From NCBI GenBank assembly GCA_043228905.1, contig JBHGNT010000005.1, positions 20,584,001 to 20,648,000 on the forward strand: DNA of 64,000 nt. Direction: 5' to 3'. Within the stretch, counting starts at the first letter, position 1, and each line of letters begins with the position of its first letter. Below the pieces are notes generated by a model. It ran no database searches and had not been told where the DNA came from. It saw only the letters and a list, made by a program, of their open reading frames with translations. Shown one piece after another: positions 14,004 through 28,658 of the stretch. Source of the stretch: Azolla caroliniana. Its lineage: Eukaryota; Plantae; Polypodiophyta. The position numbers and the translations under genes are program-made.

Positions 14004-17000
14004 ATGGCTCCCCGACATAGCTCTCGCTTCTCTCGCAGCCGGGAGCCCTTCTCTGCTGCAACCCCTCCCCGCCAGAAATACGTCTTCCCTCTCGTTAACA
14101 CCCCTGTTCGCAGATCTAGGGAGAACTGCGAGAATTTCCCACCCGAGAATGCTTCTTCTCTCTCTAACCCTAACCCTAACCCTAACCTTAACAGTAGCCC
14201 CTTCTCGGAGTTCAAGCCTTCTCCTTCTCTCGCTAGATCTTCCTCGAAACCCAAGCCCAGTGCAAATAATCTCTCCTTACCTTTGCCTTCTCGCAATGCT
14301 TTGTCTCGTCCTTCACCTATTTCTTCAGTCCACACTGTGGAAGTCCACACTATGGCCGTGGATGGCAACGAAAACCCTGGAAATGCAAAGAGGAAGCTTA
14401 ACCTTGAAGCCCTACAGCCTGCAAACGAATCTGCGGAACACGACCATGGCGTCAATGTAACAAATTTCTTTCTTTCTGTTGCTATTGCTTCTCTCTCTCT
14501 CTCTGTGCAGCTGTTTCTCATCTAGGATCAATTCCCTCTGTGAGATTTCGCGAACTGTTTCTAACTATGCGTTATTTTCATAGTGTTTCCATGGTCTCTT
14601 TCTGAATTCGTCGCAAATTCTCTGCTTTATTCTATTTCCCCTTCAGATTATGATAAGGATTCGCCCAGGTAACTCTAAAGAAGCCACAGAAGAAGCCACA
14701 GAGATCGTTGACAAGCTCTCAGAAACCTCCTTGAGCTTGTTAGATCATCAATTCACATTTGATCGTATCGCAGGGGGAGATACATCCCAGGTAAAATCTC
14801 CTGAGAACTGAACCAATAAATTCGCAAATATCCCATTGTAACACAGTTTTTGAAGTTAATGTTTCCTGGTTCTGTCTCAATTTGCAGAAATATTAGCTTA
14901 ATATACTCTAAACATAAGGTTTCCCTGTATAAATTTAGGCAGCTAGATGTTAATATCACCTATTTGCAGAAATTCTTGATAATCAGTACCCAGTTTCTCT
15001 GCATTGAGCTCTGGCGAACTTGGTACATATTTGAGTTCGTCAGACTCCACGACAAGGGTTTTCTTTGAGGAACTGTAGAAACTTGCAGAGATCGTTCTTA
15101 ACAGGGAAAAATTTCTTTACAATGATTGATAGGATTTCACAGAGCGAGGTCAATGAGCTTCGAAACTAGGATTTTCCTCTGAGTAAAATTAGGAATTTGA
15201 CCAAATCGAGGTCAATAAGCTTCCAAATTAGGAATTTTTTTCCTAATTAGAATTTAGGATTTTTTATTCTCGGCGTCAAAATGTTGCACAGGTCAAGCTA
15301 ATTTAACTGAACAACTACTGAATATTGTCTATATTTTTCCCTGGTTTCCCAGCCATGAAATTGTTGTATAACACCATTTCTTTGTTATATCCAGCAAGGA
15401 ATGTTTCAGATGGTTGGCTTGCCTTTCGTTGAGAACTGTCTGAAAGGCTTTAACAGTTCTCTTTTCACCTATGGGCAGGTACTTTACTTTTGTTGAAAAT
15501 TCTTCAATTATACTCATTTGATGGTCAAAGATATTTTGTCTTTAATTCAGCTACCTAATTATACGTTTAATCTTCATTGTCTCATAAAAGACTGGAAGTG
15601 GGAAAACATACACCATGTGGGGTCCTACAGAAGGACTAATACAAAGATCCATGGAAGAGAAAGGTTTAGCACCTCGTGTCTTCGAATGTCTGTTTCTAAG
15701 AATAAAGGAGGTCAGTGTAGAGTTGTGTTGTTATGGTAGATATGTGGTTCCATTGATTGTACTATACTCATCACTCACAACAGTGCTCTTGTTTTCTTCC
15801 TCTTAATTGGACAGGAAGAAGGAAAACACAAAGGTGAACAATTCTCGTATCAATGCCGGTGCTCCTTTCTTGAGGTTTTCTCTCAACATCTTTATCGGTT
15901 AATGTTTTAAACAAAGAAATGTGTTAAGCTATTTGTAACTGGGAAAATCGAGATGAGGAAAAGGAATCCAGAGTTTGCAATATGAATGCCTGTTTATTTG
16001 TTTATTGATTGTATTTTTTTCCACTGATCATCAAACCACAATATAGGCTTAAACTTAATGGTGGTCATTCAGGAAATGATATGCTGCAGTATCCATAGTC
16101 TGTCTTCAGTTTGAATGGTGCAATCAATTCTCCATCAGAAAAGATTTGTAAAATGGACTTAGTATTGATACATTTGGAAACTTGGGCAAAGTCTCTGAAG
16201 AGTAGATGTAGTGAAGTGAAATTAACCAAAAATTAAGGTTCTTGGATTGTTTAAATAGTCATTTCTGCAGAAATTGGCTTGTTGCCAGTGACTACATGCA
16301 GAATTATGTGGAGAAAGAAAAGAGGACGGATACACTTGAAGAGATTTTGCTGTATAGCATAGTAACCAAAAGATGGGATCACATAATACTTGTCACCATG
16401 CATTAGCACTGTAATTTCATGTTCTTCATGTAACGCCGTATATATATTGTTGGCTTACAGATCTACAATGAGCAGATAACAGATTTGCTAGAGCCCTCCC
16501 AGAAAAATCTCCAGGTAACAATTGAGCTCAAGCTAGTATGTGCGTATGTATAAATATGTGTCTGTATCTTGTGACAAGTCCTCAAATTTTCTCATTATTG
16601 TAAACTCTGTAGATCCGCGAGGATACAAAAATGGGTGTGTATGTTGAAAACCTTACGGAAGAGTATGTTTCTTGTGTAGAAGACGTGTTTAGCCTAATAT
16701 TGAAGGTATAGTTTTGTTCATCAGTTCTCATATGTTCATATTCTTCCTTCCATGCATTGAAGCTACATGTACTCTTTCTTGATGCAATAGGGTTTGGGAA
16801 ATCGGAAAATTGGCTCAACCAGCATGAATTCAGATAGTTCTCGCTCACACACTGTATTCATTTGTACAATTGAGTCACGATGCAAGGTACACAATCTCTA
16901 TTGAAAGAGTAAGAAGTTTGAAGGCAAGATAATTGATGCTAACAGTCATCACATATACTGTTTCTATTACGTAATAGTTTGATTTCTCATGCTGAATCAT

Positions 17001-20000
17001 TCATATATTTTACAACAGAGTGCTAATGGCGTAAGCTGCGTCAAGACAAGCAGGATGAATTTAGTGGATCTAGCTGGTTCAGAGCGTCAAAAATCAACAA
17101 GGGCTGCTGGACAACGTCTGAAAGAGGCAGGAAACATTAATCGTTCCCTTTCACAGCTAGGGTAAGAAGCAGGGGAGTTCATTTTTTCCATACCATGCTG
17201 ATTGAAACTTGTTTTACAATTTTCTAGTCATTTGATGGTCACTGCAGGAATGTGATCAATATCCTTGCTGAGATGTCGCAGACAGGAAAACCACGGCACA
17301 TCCCCTACCGTGACTCAAGACTAACTTTCCTTCTTCAAGAATCTCTTGGTGGGAATGCAAAACTGGCAGTTATTTGCACAATATCTCCAATGAGCAGGTA
17401 GGCATTTTGTTGATCAATAGTTATAATATGTATGATTGAAATATATATAGTACACCAATGGTTTTGCTCGTGCAGCTGCAAAAATGAGACCTTGAGTACG
17501 TTAAGGTTTGCTCAACGAGCAAAAGCCATAAAGAATGAGGCAATGGTCAATGAGAAAACGGAAGATGAAGTTCAATCACTGAGGGAACAAATTCGGCAAC
17601 TAAAAGTAAGGATATTATCTTTACTTAAGCATTTGAACAATAGAAAATGTTAATAGTTTTTACCTTTCATAGTAGCAATGGGTAGAAAGTACAACTTGTG
17701 TCATGATTGAATGAGCAGGATGAACTTATGAAGATGAAAAACGAAATTCCATCGAATGGTCTCGGGAATGCTGCCTCTCTTTGGAATGCACGGCGAAGCT
17801 ACAATCTTCTCAGGATGAGCCTAAAACGATCAATGATACTACCTCACCCTGATAGCGATAGTGATGAGGATATGGAGTTTGAAGATGCAGAAGATGGTTC
17901 TAATGATTCACCACCTAAAAATCAGGATGAGTTACCTCTTTCCAGTGACAAGAAAAGCCGTCCACTGAATCTTTCTGATGGGGAACTAAATGCTGAAGAT
18001 TCAGAATGTCGTGCAAGTAAGAAAGGGAGGCTTCTGAATGGGTCTGATAATCCTACATCACCAACAAGTATAGGTGCAATTTGCTTGCTGGAATTCCCAT
18101 GATTCTATTTTCAAATCATCGTTTTATATATGTATGACTGTGTAACTTGGCAGGTAACTCTGAAATAATTCCCTCTGATGATGTTGAAGAGGGCACCGTC
18201 GGCATGGGATTGGAACCTTTGAAACCTCATCAACAAGAAGATGAAAACAAGGGTAGATGCTCCCACAGTGTTTTGGCAAGTTCGGAATTTGCAGCAGCCA
18301 CAGACATTCACCTTCCACAAATCTCATTTGATGCATCAAATGGAAATGAAAACTCTCACATGTCTGAATGTGAAATATTCCATTACAATACTGAAGCTAC
18401 AGATCAAATGCAGGTGGCTGTATCACCAAACACAAGCATGGTCAAGAGTTGTCCTCAAGTGCCTGCATTGAGTGTTTCTCCAAGTTTCCAAGCAGTTAAC
18501 GTGACAACCTCATGCAAAGGATCATTTTTCGCTGACAATGCTGGAACTCTGCCCATGGAAGATATAGAAATTGACCAATATGAGCAATCCAGAGCTCTAA
18601 ATGGAAGCTTATGTGGAGAAGAGAACAATAAGATTCTATCTTCTTCCACTAAAGAGTTGGTCGCAAGTCCTGGAATTGAAAACTCTGACATGTGTGAATG
18701 TGACACATTGTGCTACAATGGTGATGCTGCAGAGGCAATGCAATTGGTTGTCTCTCCAAGTTCAAGCATACTCAAAGGTAAGCTCCAAGTGCCTACATTG
18801 TGTGTTTCTCCAAGAATGCAGGAGATTAAAAAGGTAAGTCCATGCATTGTATCTGCTTCCACCTCCAATATTCAAGCTTTGCCCAATAAGTTTGTGCAAC
18901 CTGGAGCCATACATCGAAGTCTTTGTGTTGTAGATAATAATGGTATATTGCCAGTGCAGTCAAAAAGTTTGTCCTCTCCCACTGAACGGCTTGCTGCAAG
19001 TCTTTATCGCGGCTTGCAGATTCTAGAAAACCATCAGAAAAAGATTGCAAATAACCGTGCATCATATACATCTTCCTTCTCCTTACAAAATCTGTCCAAA
19101 TCTGTTGTGGACAAAAGTGTACAGACTTCACCAATGATGTCTCCTAAAAAAGCAGACCCTTTACATGTTGCCATTACTCAAGATGTTGGCTTGCCAGAGC
19201 ATCAAACATTTGATATACCAGAATGTGATGCAAGTGCTCATGAGAATCCAAGCATGGGAAGTCAATGCCATGAGGATGATCCTCTGATTAGTGTGGAGGA
19301 CACAATAATAGGCCAATGCGATGAATACACCAATACAGAATGTGTTTTGGTTGATACATTTGCCGATCCATCAACTGTGTCACAGTCTCATCAAGATGAA
19401 TATGGTAAGCCCACATGCACTATGGTTGGTACAGAAGAACCAAGCACTGGACCTCAATGTGAAGAACTCCAGGTAGAGGATTATCTTCGTGGATGTAACT
19501 AAAATTTTTTGTATGCAAATTGTTATAGATCTTATCAATTCATTCGGTTTTGTCTATTGATACAGAACCTGAAGGCTCTTTTAGCCGGAGCTTTAAGGAG
19601 GGAATGTGCTGCTGAAGAAGCTTTGAACAAGAAAAATATGGAAATCGAGCAGCTAAACCGACTGGTAACCAATCGATTTGAGATTGTCTTTACTAATCGC
19701 CTATTGATATTGTCTATATTTGATGGTTTTCCATTATGTAGGTAAATCAATACAAACATGAAAGAGGGTGCAATGCTGTGCTACAAGAAAGTGGTGAACT
19801 CAAAATGGCCAGGCTTCAGAATCTTATGGAGGGAACCATGCCCACTGATGCTTTCATGAATGAGCAATGGGCTTCTCTAGTGAATGAACACAAGGTAACA
19901 TCTTTTCTTTTCTTTTGGTGATATGTGATTGATAATTTAAGCCATTCCTCTCATGTTTGTGCATTCTTTGATTTCTGATATGATTGTTTATGATTTTTCA

Positions 20001-21148
20001 CTTTTACCAGATTTTACAAGGAAAATATGATAGACATCCTGATGTGACACTAGCTAATTTAGCACAACACCGTCTCAATGAGGAGCTTGAGAAGTATCGG
20101 AATTTCTATGATTGTGGAGAACGGGATGAACTACTTAGCGAGATTAGCCAGCTGAAGAGCAAATTGCATGATTCTCTAGAGAAAAACAAATTGGTTGGTG
20201 CTATACCTGAGGAAGAATATGGGAAAGAAAGTTCATCTTCAGAGCAGAAGTTCACATCTATGATTAGTGACCTAATGATGCAAGTTGAAGATTACAAGCG
20301 TATTGCGGAACAGAAGGAGACAGAATTAGAGGGTGAGCACAGGTGTGCAAATGAGATGAAAGAAGCTCTACAAGTGGCAATGGAAGGGCATGCACGTTTG
20401 TTAGATCAATATGCTGAATTGCAAGAGAAGCATATAAGGTTACTAGCAAAGCATAGGAAGATGAGAGAAGCCATAGCTGATGCTAAGAAGAAAGGTGGAA
20501 AGATGGGTTGTTTCAGAGGTAAGTGGTTTGAAGCTCAAGCAGCTGAATTGGCTGCAATTAAGATTGAACAGGAGCAAGAAAGAAAAAGAGCAAAAGAACA
20601 GATAGAAGAACTCCAAGCTCAAGTTCATGATACTGCTGATGCTGTCCAGGCTGCTGGTGAGCTTCTTGTTCGGCTGCGAGAAGCATATGAATCGGTATTG
20701 GTTGCTGAGGTAAACAATGCAATTGAATGATTTGATATTTATGTGGTTATGAAGGTTGCTATTTGCAATTGGCGGAATTTTATTCCAAATAAAGGATTGC
20801 TATCGACTTCATGCTAACTAATTCAGTGGATTGACTGTTAGACTCAATAGATTGGCTTCCTCTTCTATGTGGTTACAGGATGCTGCAGAACTTGCTGCCC
20901 AAGATGTGGAAAAGCTTCATCGGGAGAATGAGAGGCTAAAGAGAAAGCATTCGACCGAAATTGCTACAATGCAGCAAAGGCTGATGGAGGCGAGGTTTCA
21001 AAAGACAACAGTGTGTCCAATGTGCTTAATGGCGGAAAGAGTCAAATTTCAATTCCCAGAAGTTAATGCAGAAGAGGCCCAAGCAGCCATTGAAGCAGAG
21101 CAACTTGCAGCTGGAGAAGAGGATGAAACATTGAATTCATTCACATGA
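14004..21148 (+). CDS. Kinesin-12 class II (PAKRP1/KIN12A/B-like phragmoplast kinesin), 17 exons, ~1473 aa
   Basis: GT-AG exons with consistent phase: 14004-14456, 14647-14790, 15395-15478, 15591-15710, 15815-15874, 16461-16514, 16613-16705, 16791-16886, 17019-17161, 17248-17397, 17476-17605, 17719-18073, 18154-19472, 19566-19664, 19742-19894, 20011-20709, 20879-21148 (4422 nt). Motor motifs YGQTGSGKT, SSRSH, DLAGSE, HIPYRDS. KIN12-II motifs [25 protein letters not shown]; C-terminal coiled coil. Confidence 0.95.
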
Positions 21149-23940
21149 ATAGAACATTGTCATCATCGTTGTGATGTTAAGCATTATTATCATCATCAAC
21201 ATCATTGCATGATTATCAGCTTCCCTGTCAAGTAATCATTATCATGTTGAATATTTCAACTAAGCATCCCCTGTTTATAAATGGCAGCCCTTAGCATCTT
21301 ATTCTTGCAAGTAGTAGTGGTTGTAATAGGGCAGATCTCATGCCCTTGAATTGCTGATTAAGAAGACTGGTATTATTTATACATATGTGTGAGTGATTAA
21401 ACTCACTAAGGTTTGTCATTACATAAGAATTTCATTTTTTATTATTGCAAATTGAGTCCCATGAGAAATTGGTAGTTCATCTATGACTATGAAATGAAAT
21501 TGGTAGTCCATCTATAACCAAGTAGCAAGGAAGGTTGACAATTCTTGAGTCAAACATTCTCCGTGGTTCTAAGGTTGTGAGTAGTGAAGGCGTAGCAACC
21601 GGATATTCCCATCTTAAATACCAAGAAAGTCTCCAGGAACATTATACAATTTTGGTGGTTTTCTTGGAGATATTTCAGCTACTAGAGGCGTTTCCTTCAG
21701 TTGAGTGGCTCGTAAGTGCTATGCACCGTTTCTTTACTAAGCTAATGAACACTACGATCTATGTATACATGAAATCACTTTGCTGAATGCTCGATTTAGT
21801 GGTATCTCTATGGGGATCACATTCATTTTTGGTTTCTTATCCGGAATTTCTTGAGTTTCTTTTTGCATGGTTGTAAGATGGCATGTGGATACTAGGAGAT
21901 TGTGGCCAATCTTAATACACTATTGAGGCACATTATTTTATGACATTGGAGCATGGAACCCAGCATGTGACACTATAGCATGTTACAAAAGTGCAATTGG
22001 GGACTAGGAGGCAAAGGGAGCCTCGCTAACTCTTCTAGTGTCACACAAGAGAAGTCCACCCGCTAACTCTTCTAGTTGTAGTCCATTTGCCACATGATTA
22101 ACCTATGCCGCAAGCAAGCTAAGTGGAAATATGTGGGCGGCATAGGTGTGCTTCAATAAGAGCTAAACCCTAAACCTTAAATCTTACTAGGTTGGAGTGC
22201 ACGGTTGTGTTCGGGTGGTGAATTCAAGAAGTCACACGAGGGTTGCTGAAGTTGATGCATTAGGCAGCCACAAAGGCCTTTCTCCATGCCTATGAATCAA
22301 TGAAGTTGTACCTTCCGTTGATTCGTTGGCCTAGGATCTCGATTGACATATACCCTTTTGGTGACAAACCGGGCCATGGTAATTGTCAAGCACCTTTGAG
22401 GTACTAGTTTACTTAACGTTGGTTATTAGTACTTAGGCTCACACACACTCTCTTGCAGAGAGACCTTAATATAGAAACAAAGAAGATATAAGAAATCATA
22501 CACTACTTCTAATTACAAAGAGGTTTAGCACCGTACAAGAGTGTAGAGATTAAGGTTCTCTTAATTAGCTTAACCTTAATTTTTCTTAGTTCTAATGGAT
22601 ATTAAGGGAAGTAGGAGCTTTAATTCATTAAAGGAAAGTCGAAATCCTATGATTGGGTAAGAGCAACAAAAGTGACCAAAATGTGGCTTTTATTGCGTTT
22701 TACAAGGCAGGTGGGTTCTTTCTACACTAGGTTTCGCATGGGATGGTTATTTTGTTTGTTTAATTTGGTTTTTCCTATGGTTAATTGAGCTCAGTGTCCC
22801 TTATGAGTGCCTCAGTCTCAAGAGTTGGGTACTTAACATCCTCCCAACCTAATGAGTGCACAATCCTAGGCGCACGACACTAGGCATTTGTTATGGGTGA
22901 ATGCGGAGGAGGGGGATCAGAAGTGACAAGGATGGAGTATGGTGACTTGGGTGGGTGAGATGGGTTGAGCAAGCATTGTGGATGTGGGTGGGGTCGGAGG
23001 CGATGAATGTTGATGGGGGGAGTATGATATCTTGCATCTAATTTATGGTTGTGAAAAACTCCTTGAATTTGCCAAAGAGCAATGTGGAGGTAACATAGAT
23101 TGTGAAGAGGGAAGGTGGTGTTCCACTAAAACTAATGTATGCAGGTGTAAACCATGTGTCAATCATGGTTTCAAAATCCCATTTGTAGGCCAGAGGAAGA
23201 ATGTTAACACATTTTCACAAACCAACTAGTTGCCACCAGGTTGGCCTGTTATTTATTAAGTCAAATGTTAGTCCCCATGATGGATGCTTATGTTGTTAGA
23301 ACTGACGTGCGTAAAATGGGGGTGAGTCGAGTAACACCTTCAAGAACTACCAAATTTGAATGGCGACCTCAAGGACCTCGAGGTAGGTTTGAATGAAGTG
23401 CCTCATTAATTCAAGCATCCTAGCTTCTATCAATATTTTTTGCGCGGGCTTATGAAGAGTGACCAAGCGAATTGAAGGGTTATGAGCCCTTATCGCAATG
23501 TAAGGAAGTTTGTCCATGACCAACGTCATGGAAGTGGAAAGAACATAGGCTTGTTGTGTCTTTCTGGGGCGTGCATCACAAAATAATGCCAAAATGGCTG
23601 GTTATCAAACCATAGGAGAGGCCACAGGGGTTGAAGGCCGGGTGGCTCGGTTAGGGGGTTGGTAACTACACATGACCATCTTTGTGTCAAGATGGGTGTG
23701 GAAGTGAACCACGCCAACATCTTTGTTGGCCGGACAGGATGGCCAAAGGTGTGAAAGGGTAAAAGAAGCCAAGCACAAAAAGATGAACAAAAGGCATTAC
23801 TATAATGCCAAATATTCAATGAGTAAAAAGCGATTGTAACTGACCATGCTCCCCAAAAATAGGACGCATGGAATCTTATATCAGGGCGGAGTGAATGAAT
23901 GAGAGTGCGACTGTAATTTTAGACGAGAGACATGAACTAG

Positions 23941-24378
23941 TGTAAGCATTAGATAAGGATAGAATATAGATAAATAGATAGAAAGGAGAGAGAGAAAGAA
24001 GGGTGCCGATCCACCCGGCCACCCCCGAACGAAGGGATCGAGACGGACTCGAGCCTCAATCGGCATCCCATACCACCGTCGTGGCGTCGAGTCGTACCTG
24101 GTGCTGGCGCGCTCGCTATAAGAGTTGACCCACCACAAGATAGAGTCTCGACGTAGTCAACAAGATGATGAAATGAGGGTAGCTAGGCCTCTTATTTATA
24201 GCGATCCCCAAGGCCCCCAACCATGTTCACACTTGGCCTAATGGGTTGTCTCAATCCCGAGGATTAAAAGTAATCCTCCCCTTCTTTGCACTCTTGTTTA
24301 ACCCTCACACTTATCCACGTGTATAGAATACTACGGTAAATTCTGACCACGGGATATTATATGGTCATGCCCGTAACA
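23941..24378 (-). mobile_element. Solo or truncated LTR of the family at 37054-37505
   Basis: Reverse complement matches 37054 onward (TGTTAC..GCATGACCATATAATATCCCGTGG...). Flanks ACTAG/ACAAG may be a mutated TSD. A further fragment lies at ~24658-24790. Confidence 0.75.
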
Positions 24379-27300
24379 ACAAGAGAGGAGAGCACTTTTA
24401 GAGAGAACAAAGAGCTATACCGATAGTCGATCGATACTTGTAACAATGTTGTATTACTAATATATTATCTCTTTCTTGTGGGGAAACCCTTGTGGTCTAT
24501 TTGTGTTATCAGGTGTGCGGATCTCATGTGACTATGTAGTCGTGTGCCCTTAATCGGTTGTAGTCGATTCGACAGGGTCCCTATCCCTATGTTCCTTGCG
24601 AGTCTATAGGAATCAGTATGTGTCTTTGAGTGTCGTACGGAGCTGACGAGCAGGCATTGTTAGAGCTAGATCCTAATGTAAGCATGAGATAAGGATATAA
24701 GAGATGGATAGATAAGAAAGGGGGGAGAGAGAAAGAAGCAGACACCGATCGAGGCTCGAGTCCGTCTCAATCCCTTCAGTCGGGGGTGGTTAAGTTAGGA
24801 TATAGCTCTAATAATTGATATCACCACTAGATCCGAATGTAAGCATGTGATAAAGATATAAGAGGCATCCTCAGAGTGAGATATCATGGAGTCCCTAGAG
24901 CAAGGTTGTCACTAGCTCCCATATCTGACTGAGTGCACGGTCGACGGGATGACCCGAAACTCTTTCCCTCCTTCCTACCACAATACCTTGATCTGGTTAT
25001 GTGGAAGTAGTAACCGAGAGTGTGTTCCTATATGTAAAAAGAATAGCGTGCGGAAGCAATAGAAAACCGAACACAGAAATGCAGGTTTAATGGAGAGCTT
25101 GAATATACACATTACCCAGGGGAGAGGGAGAGAGAGAGAGAGAGAGAGAGAGTCAATACACACAACTCAATTCAAAAAATAATACGTAGTCTGTACATAG
25201 GATGTGCTCAGTGAGCACTTTTATACAAGTCCATACGGACTGACAAAAGTATTGACACGTACTTCAATGCTCATAATTGAGCTCTACACTAACTCCCAAA
25301 ATATATTCCTACGCAGAATATCTTTCCAACGGCCTCATAGTTTACGCACCGCTACGGCTTCTTGTTGCGCATCGGTCTGCGCACGGGTTTACACACCCGG
25401 TTTATGCATCGGTCCGGCCTAACCGATCGATCCCAACTGATCCGGTTCTCAGCTTGCACAGCCAATTCGGCCAATGTTGAGCTTGTACCTCAACACTCCC
25501 CCTCAAGCTCAACTTGAGGTTCCATCTGCTCTTCTGGATCTACGCTCCGATTCCTTCTCGCTTCACGCCTTGCTCGCGCTCCTCGACCTGTTCGATTCCG
25601 CACGCCTCGACCCTTCCGGTCGGTTTGCGTGCTTGTGCGGCCCTTCTCAGCTCCGTTGATGTCACGGTGTTGGCGCTTCTTCTGCTGCCTTCTCTTCCAC
25701 TTGGCCCTCAGTTGATTCAGCGTATCCGAATCAATCATCCAAACCGACTCGGCTTCCTCCGATCAGTTTTCGCTTTCGTCAGAGTTGGCTGTCTCCAACT
25801 CGTCTTCGGTCTTCTCACCCTTGATGGTGTCGTCTCCCCCACGCTTGGTTGGCTTCAGCTCTTTCTTTCGACTTCTCCCCTTATGTCCGCTTTCGGAATC
25901 TTCTGCGGATTTGCCCTCGGCTTCTTTAGCCGATCTGAAATCGAAATCATCATCCGACCCGGCGTCGTGGTCTTCCGGAACTTCTCTCCCCCTTCTGTGG
26001 TCATTCGGAACATCTCTCCCCCTCAAGTTCGGCACATCGAGGTGACGCAACCCAAGCGCACTTGAGAATTGCCACAACTTGTCCAAACCAAGAGGCTTGG
26101 TGAAGATGTCGACGGTCTGCCGATCCGTCGGAACATACTGAAGTTTGACTTCACTAGAGAGGACACACTCACGGACGAAATGGTAGTGCACCTCAATGTG
26201 CTTAGGCCGGGCATGGAAGACGGGGTCTTTGCTAGCTGGATGTTATTGAGGTTGTCGCAGTAGATTGTCGTTGGATCGGATACCTCCACCTGTAGATCCT
26301 TAAGTAGCCGTGTCAACCATATTGCTTCGTATGTCGCGATAGCCACTCCTCTATACTCGGCTTCAGTGCTTGACAATGCAATTGTCGGCTGCTTCTTGCT
26401 ACTCCACGCGATCGCGACACTCCCAAGAGAGAACGCGAAACCGAACGTGGATCGGCGATCGACGACGTTGCCGGCCCAGTTGGCATCGGTGTAGCTGACC
26501 AACTGCGGGGCTGTACCGGTCCGATATAGTAGCCCCCGGTCCTTAGTGCTGCTTACATACCGCTGTACCCGTTGCGCACACTGAAGGTGCTCCTCGGTAG
26601 GTCGCGCCATGAACTGACTAATCACCCCGACTGGGTAGCTGAGATCTGGTCGAGTGATGGTCAAGTATATAAGGCTTCCGACTATCTGTCGGAACCTCGT
26701 CAGGTCGCATACCTTTCCGGAATCGGGGCAAAGCTTGACGGTTCTATGTAGAGGAGTCAAGACGGACTTATAGTCGGCCATCCCGAATTTGAAGAGCATA
26801 CTTAGCATGTAATGCCGTTGGCTGATCAGTATGCCTTCAGGGGTGCGGATCACTTCGATCCCGAGGAAGTAATGAAGGTCCCCCAGATCCGTCATGTCGA
26901 ATGATGCCACAAGCTAGAGCTTCACGCGGTCAATCTCACCTAGGTCGGCGCCGGTGATGACCAAGTCATCAACATAATGTAAAATGCTAACCGGCCTGAG
27001 TCGACCTTTCCGGATGAACGAGGAGTTTGATTTTGACGTTGCAAAACCCATCCGACGCAATCGTTGCGAGATCTTCGAGTTCCAGGTACACGGGGTTTGC
27101 TTTAGTCCGTAAAGGGACTTCTTCAACCGGCACATTGCCGAGGTGTTCGTTCCGAATTGAAATCCGGGGGGTTGTACCATGTATACCTGTTCCTCAAGCT
27201 CACCTTGCAGGAACACATTCTTTACATCCATCTTATGTAAGTGCCACCCCTTCGCCGCAGCCACTGCGAGCAAAGCGTGGACGGTCGTCATCTTCGCGAC

Positions 27301-27960
27301 TGGTGCAAACGTCTCATCGTAGTCGATGCCATGTTGCTACGCGTAGCCTTTCGCTACTAACCGGGCCTTGTATTGGTTGACCGAGCCGTTGGTGTTGTAC
27401 TTGACCTTGTACACCCACCTACATCCGATCGGCTCCACACCTTTCGGTGCGTCAACCAGGTCCCAGGTTTCATTTTCTGCCAATGCGCGCATCTCTTCCT
27501 CCATTGCGGCATGCCAATTCGTGTCCTTCGCCGCTTCTGCATAGCTCTCCGGCTCACGCACTTCCGCTACACGGGTCATGTACGCATAGTGATGCGCCAT
27601 GTACTCATTGTATTCGAACCTCACAACAGGGTTCTTCTGGCAGGTAGATCGGCGTAATTGCTCATTAGCTGATGTTGAGGCTTTCCTGGCCGATGCGGAC
27701 TTTGCTCTTGAAGACCCGTCATCACTTCCCTCGGAGTCGGACTCGCGTCGATCCTACTCGTTCCTATCCATGCCGTAATTAGACACCTTCTTCTTCCCTT
27801 TTTCCTTGCGCATAAGCTGTCTCCTCGGCTTCCTACGCGGGGAATGCATGACCGAGTCTCCACTACTCGCCGACTCTTCTTCGGATTGGTCAAACCGACC
27901 CAGTCGCTCATACGGTCCACTTAGCCAAAATGAAATCGGACTCTCATCAAGGGTCTTGAT

Positions 27961-28658
27961 TGACGGGAACTAAACGCTCCTTATGTGCAACGCTTGGCCA
28001 CAACCGAGCTTAGGATCATACACAGAAAACGGGAAAGAAAACACGACACGAAGAAGAGAAGAGTACACTGGATGTTTACGTGGAAAACCCCAAACTAGGG
28101 TAAAAACCACGGCAGCCCACAGGCTGCAAACTATCACTATGTTAGAATGTACAACAGTGAGTTCACAGAGGCAACGACCTCGTGCTCACGATCTTCGCCA
28201 CAGGCGGCGGTTACAACAGAGGCAACGACCTCTCTCTCTCTCTCTCTGTACACAGTTACGCGCTCTCTCACACCTTTCGCCAACAAGAATGACAACAACT
28301 GTTACTAGAAGTTTGCCCTAAGTCATATTTATACTAATATGACTTTTCGGCTATTTACAAATATAGCCTCGATGGACTCTCAGAAACATATTTACGAATA
28401 TGTCTCTTCATCCGGTGAGCATTCTTCACCGGGTCTGCACCATCCGGCTCTCCGTAGCCGGGTACTCCTCATCCGGTCTTCACCGGGTCTGCACCATCCA
28501 GCTCTCCGTAGCCGGGTACTCCTCATCCGGTCTTCACCGGGTCTGCACCATCCGGCTTTCCGTAGCCGGGTACTCCTCATCTGGTTTCGGCCTCGGCCGA
28601 GTTTGTTCATCTGCACTGTTCTTCTCCCTTCCCATCCGGAGGGACCTGTCTCCCAACA
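27961..28658 (-). mobile_element. Copia solo LTR inserted in element C
   Basis: TG...CA on the minus strand; TSD TTGAT/TTTAT. The host reading DDREI|KTLDESP is restored on removal. Related to LTR 611-1220; contains three 54-bp tandem units at ~28425-28585. Confidence 0.88.

Noticed and set aside
14164-14190. (TAACCC)n telomere-like run
   Set aside because: It is a coding Asn-Pro repeat in kinesin exon 1 and only about four units long.
21550-23880. Possible degraded retroelement remnants
   Set aside because: Too decayed to assign domains or boundaries by eye.
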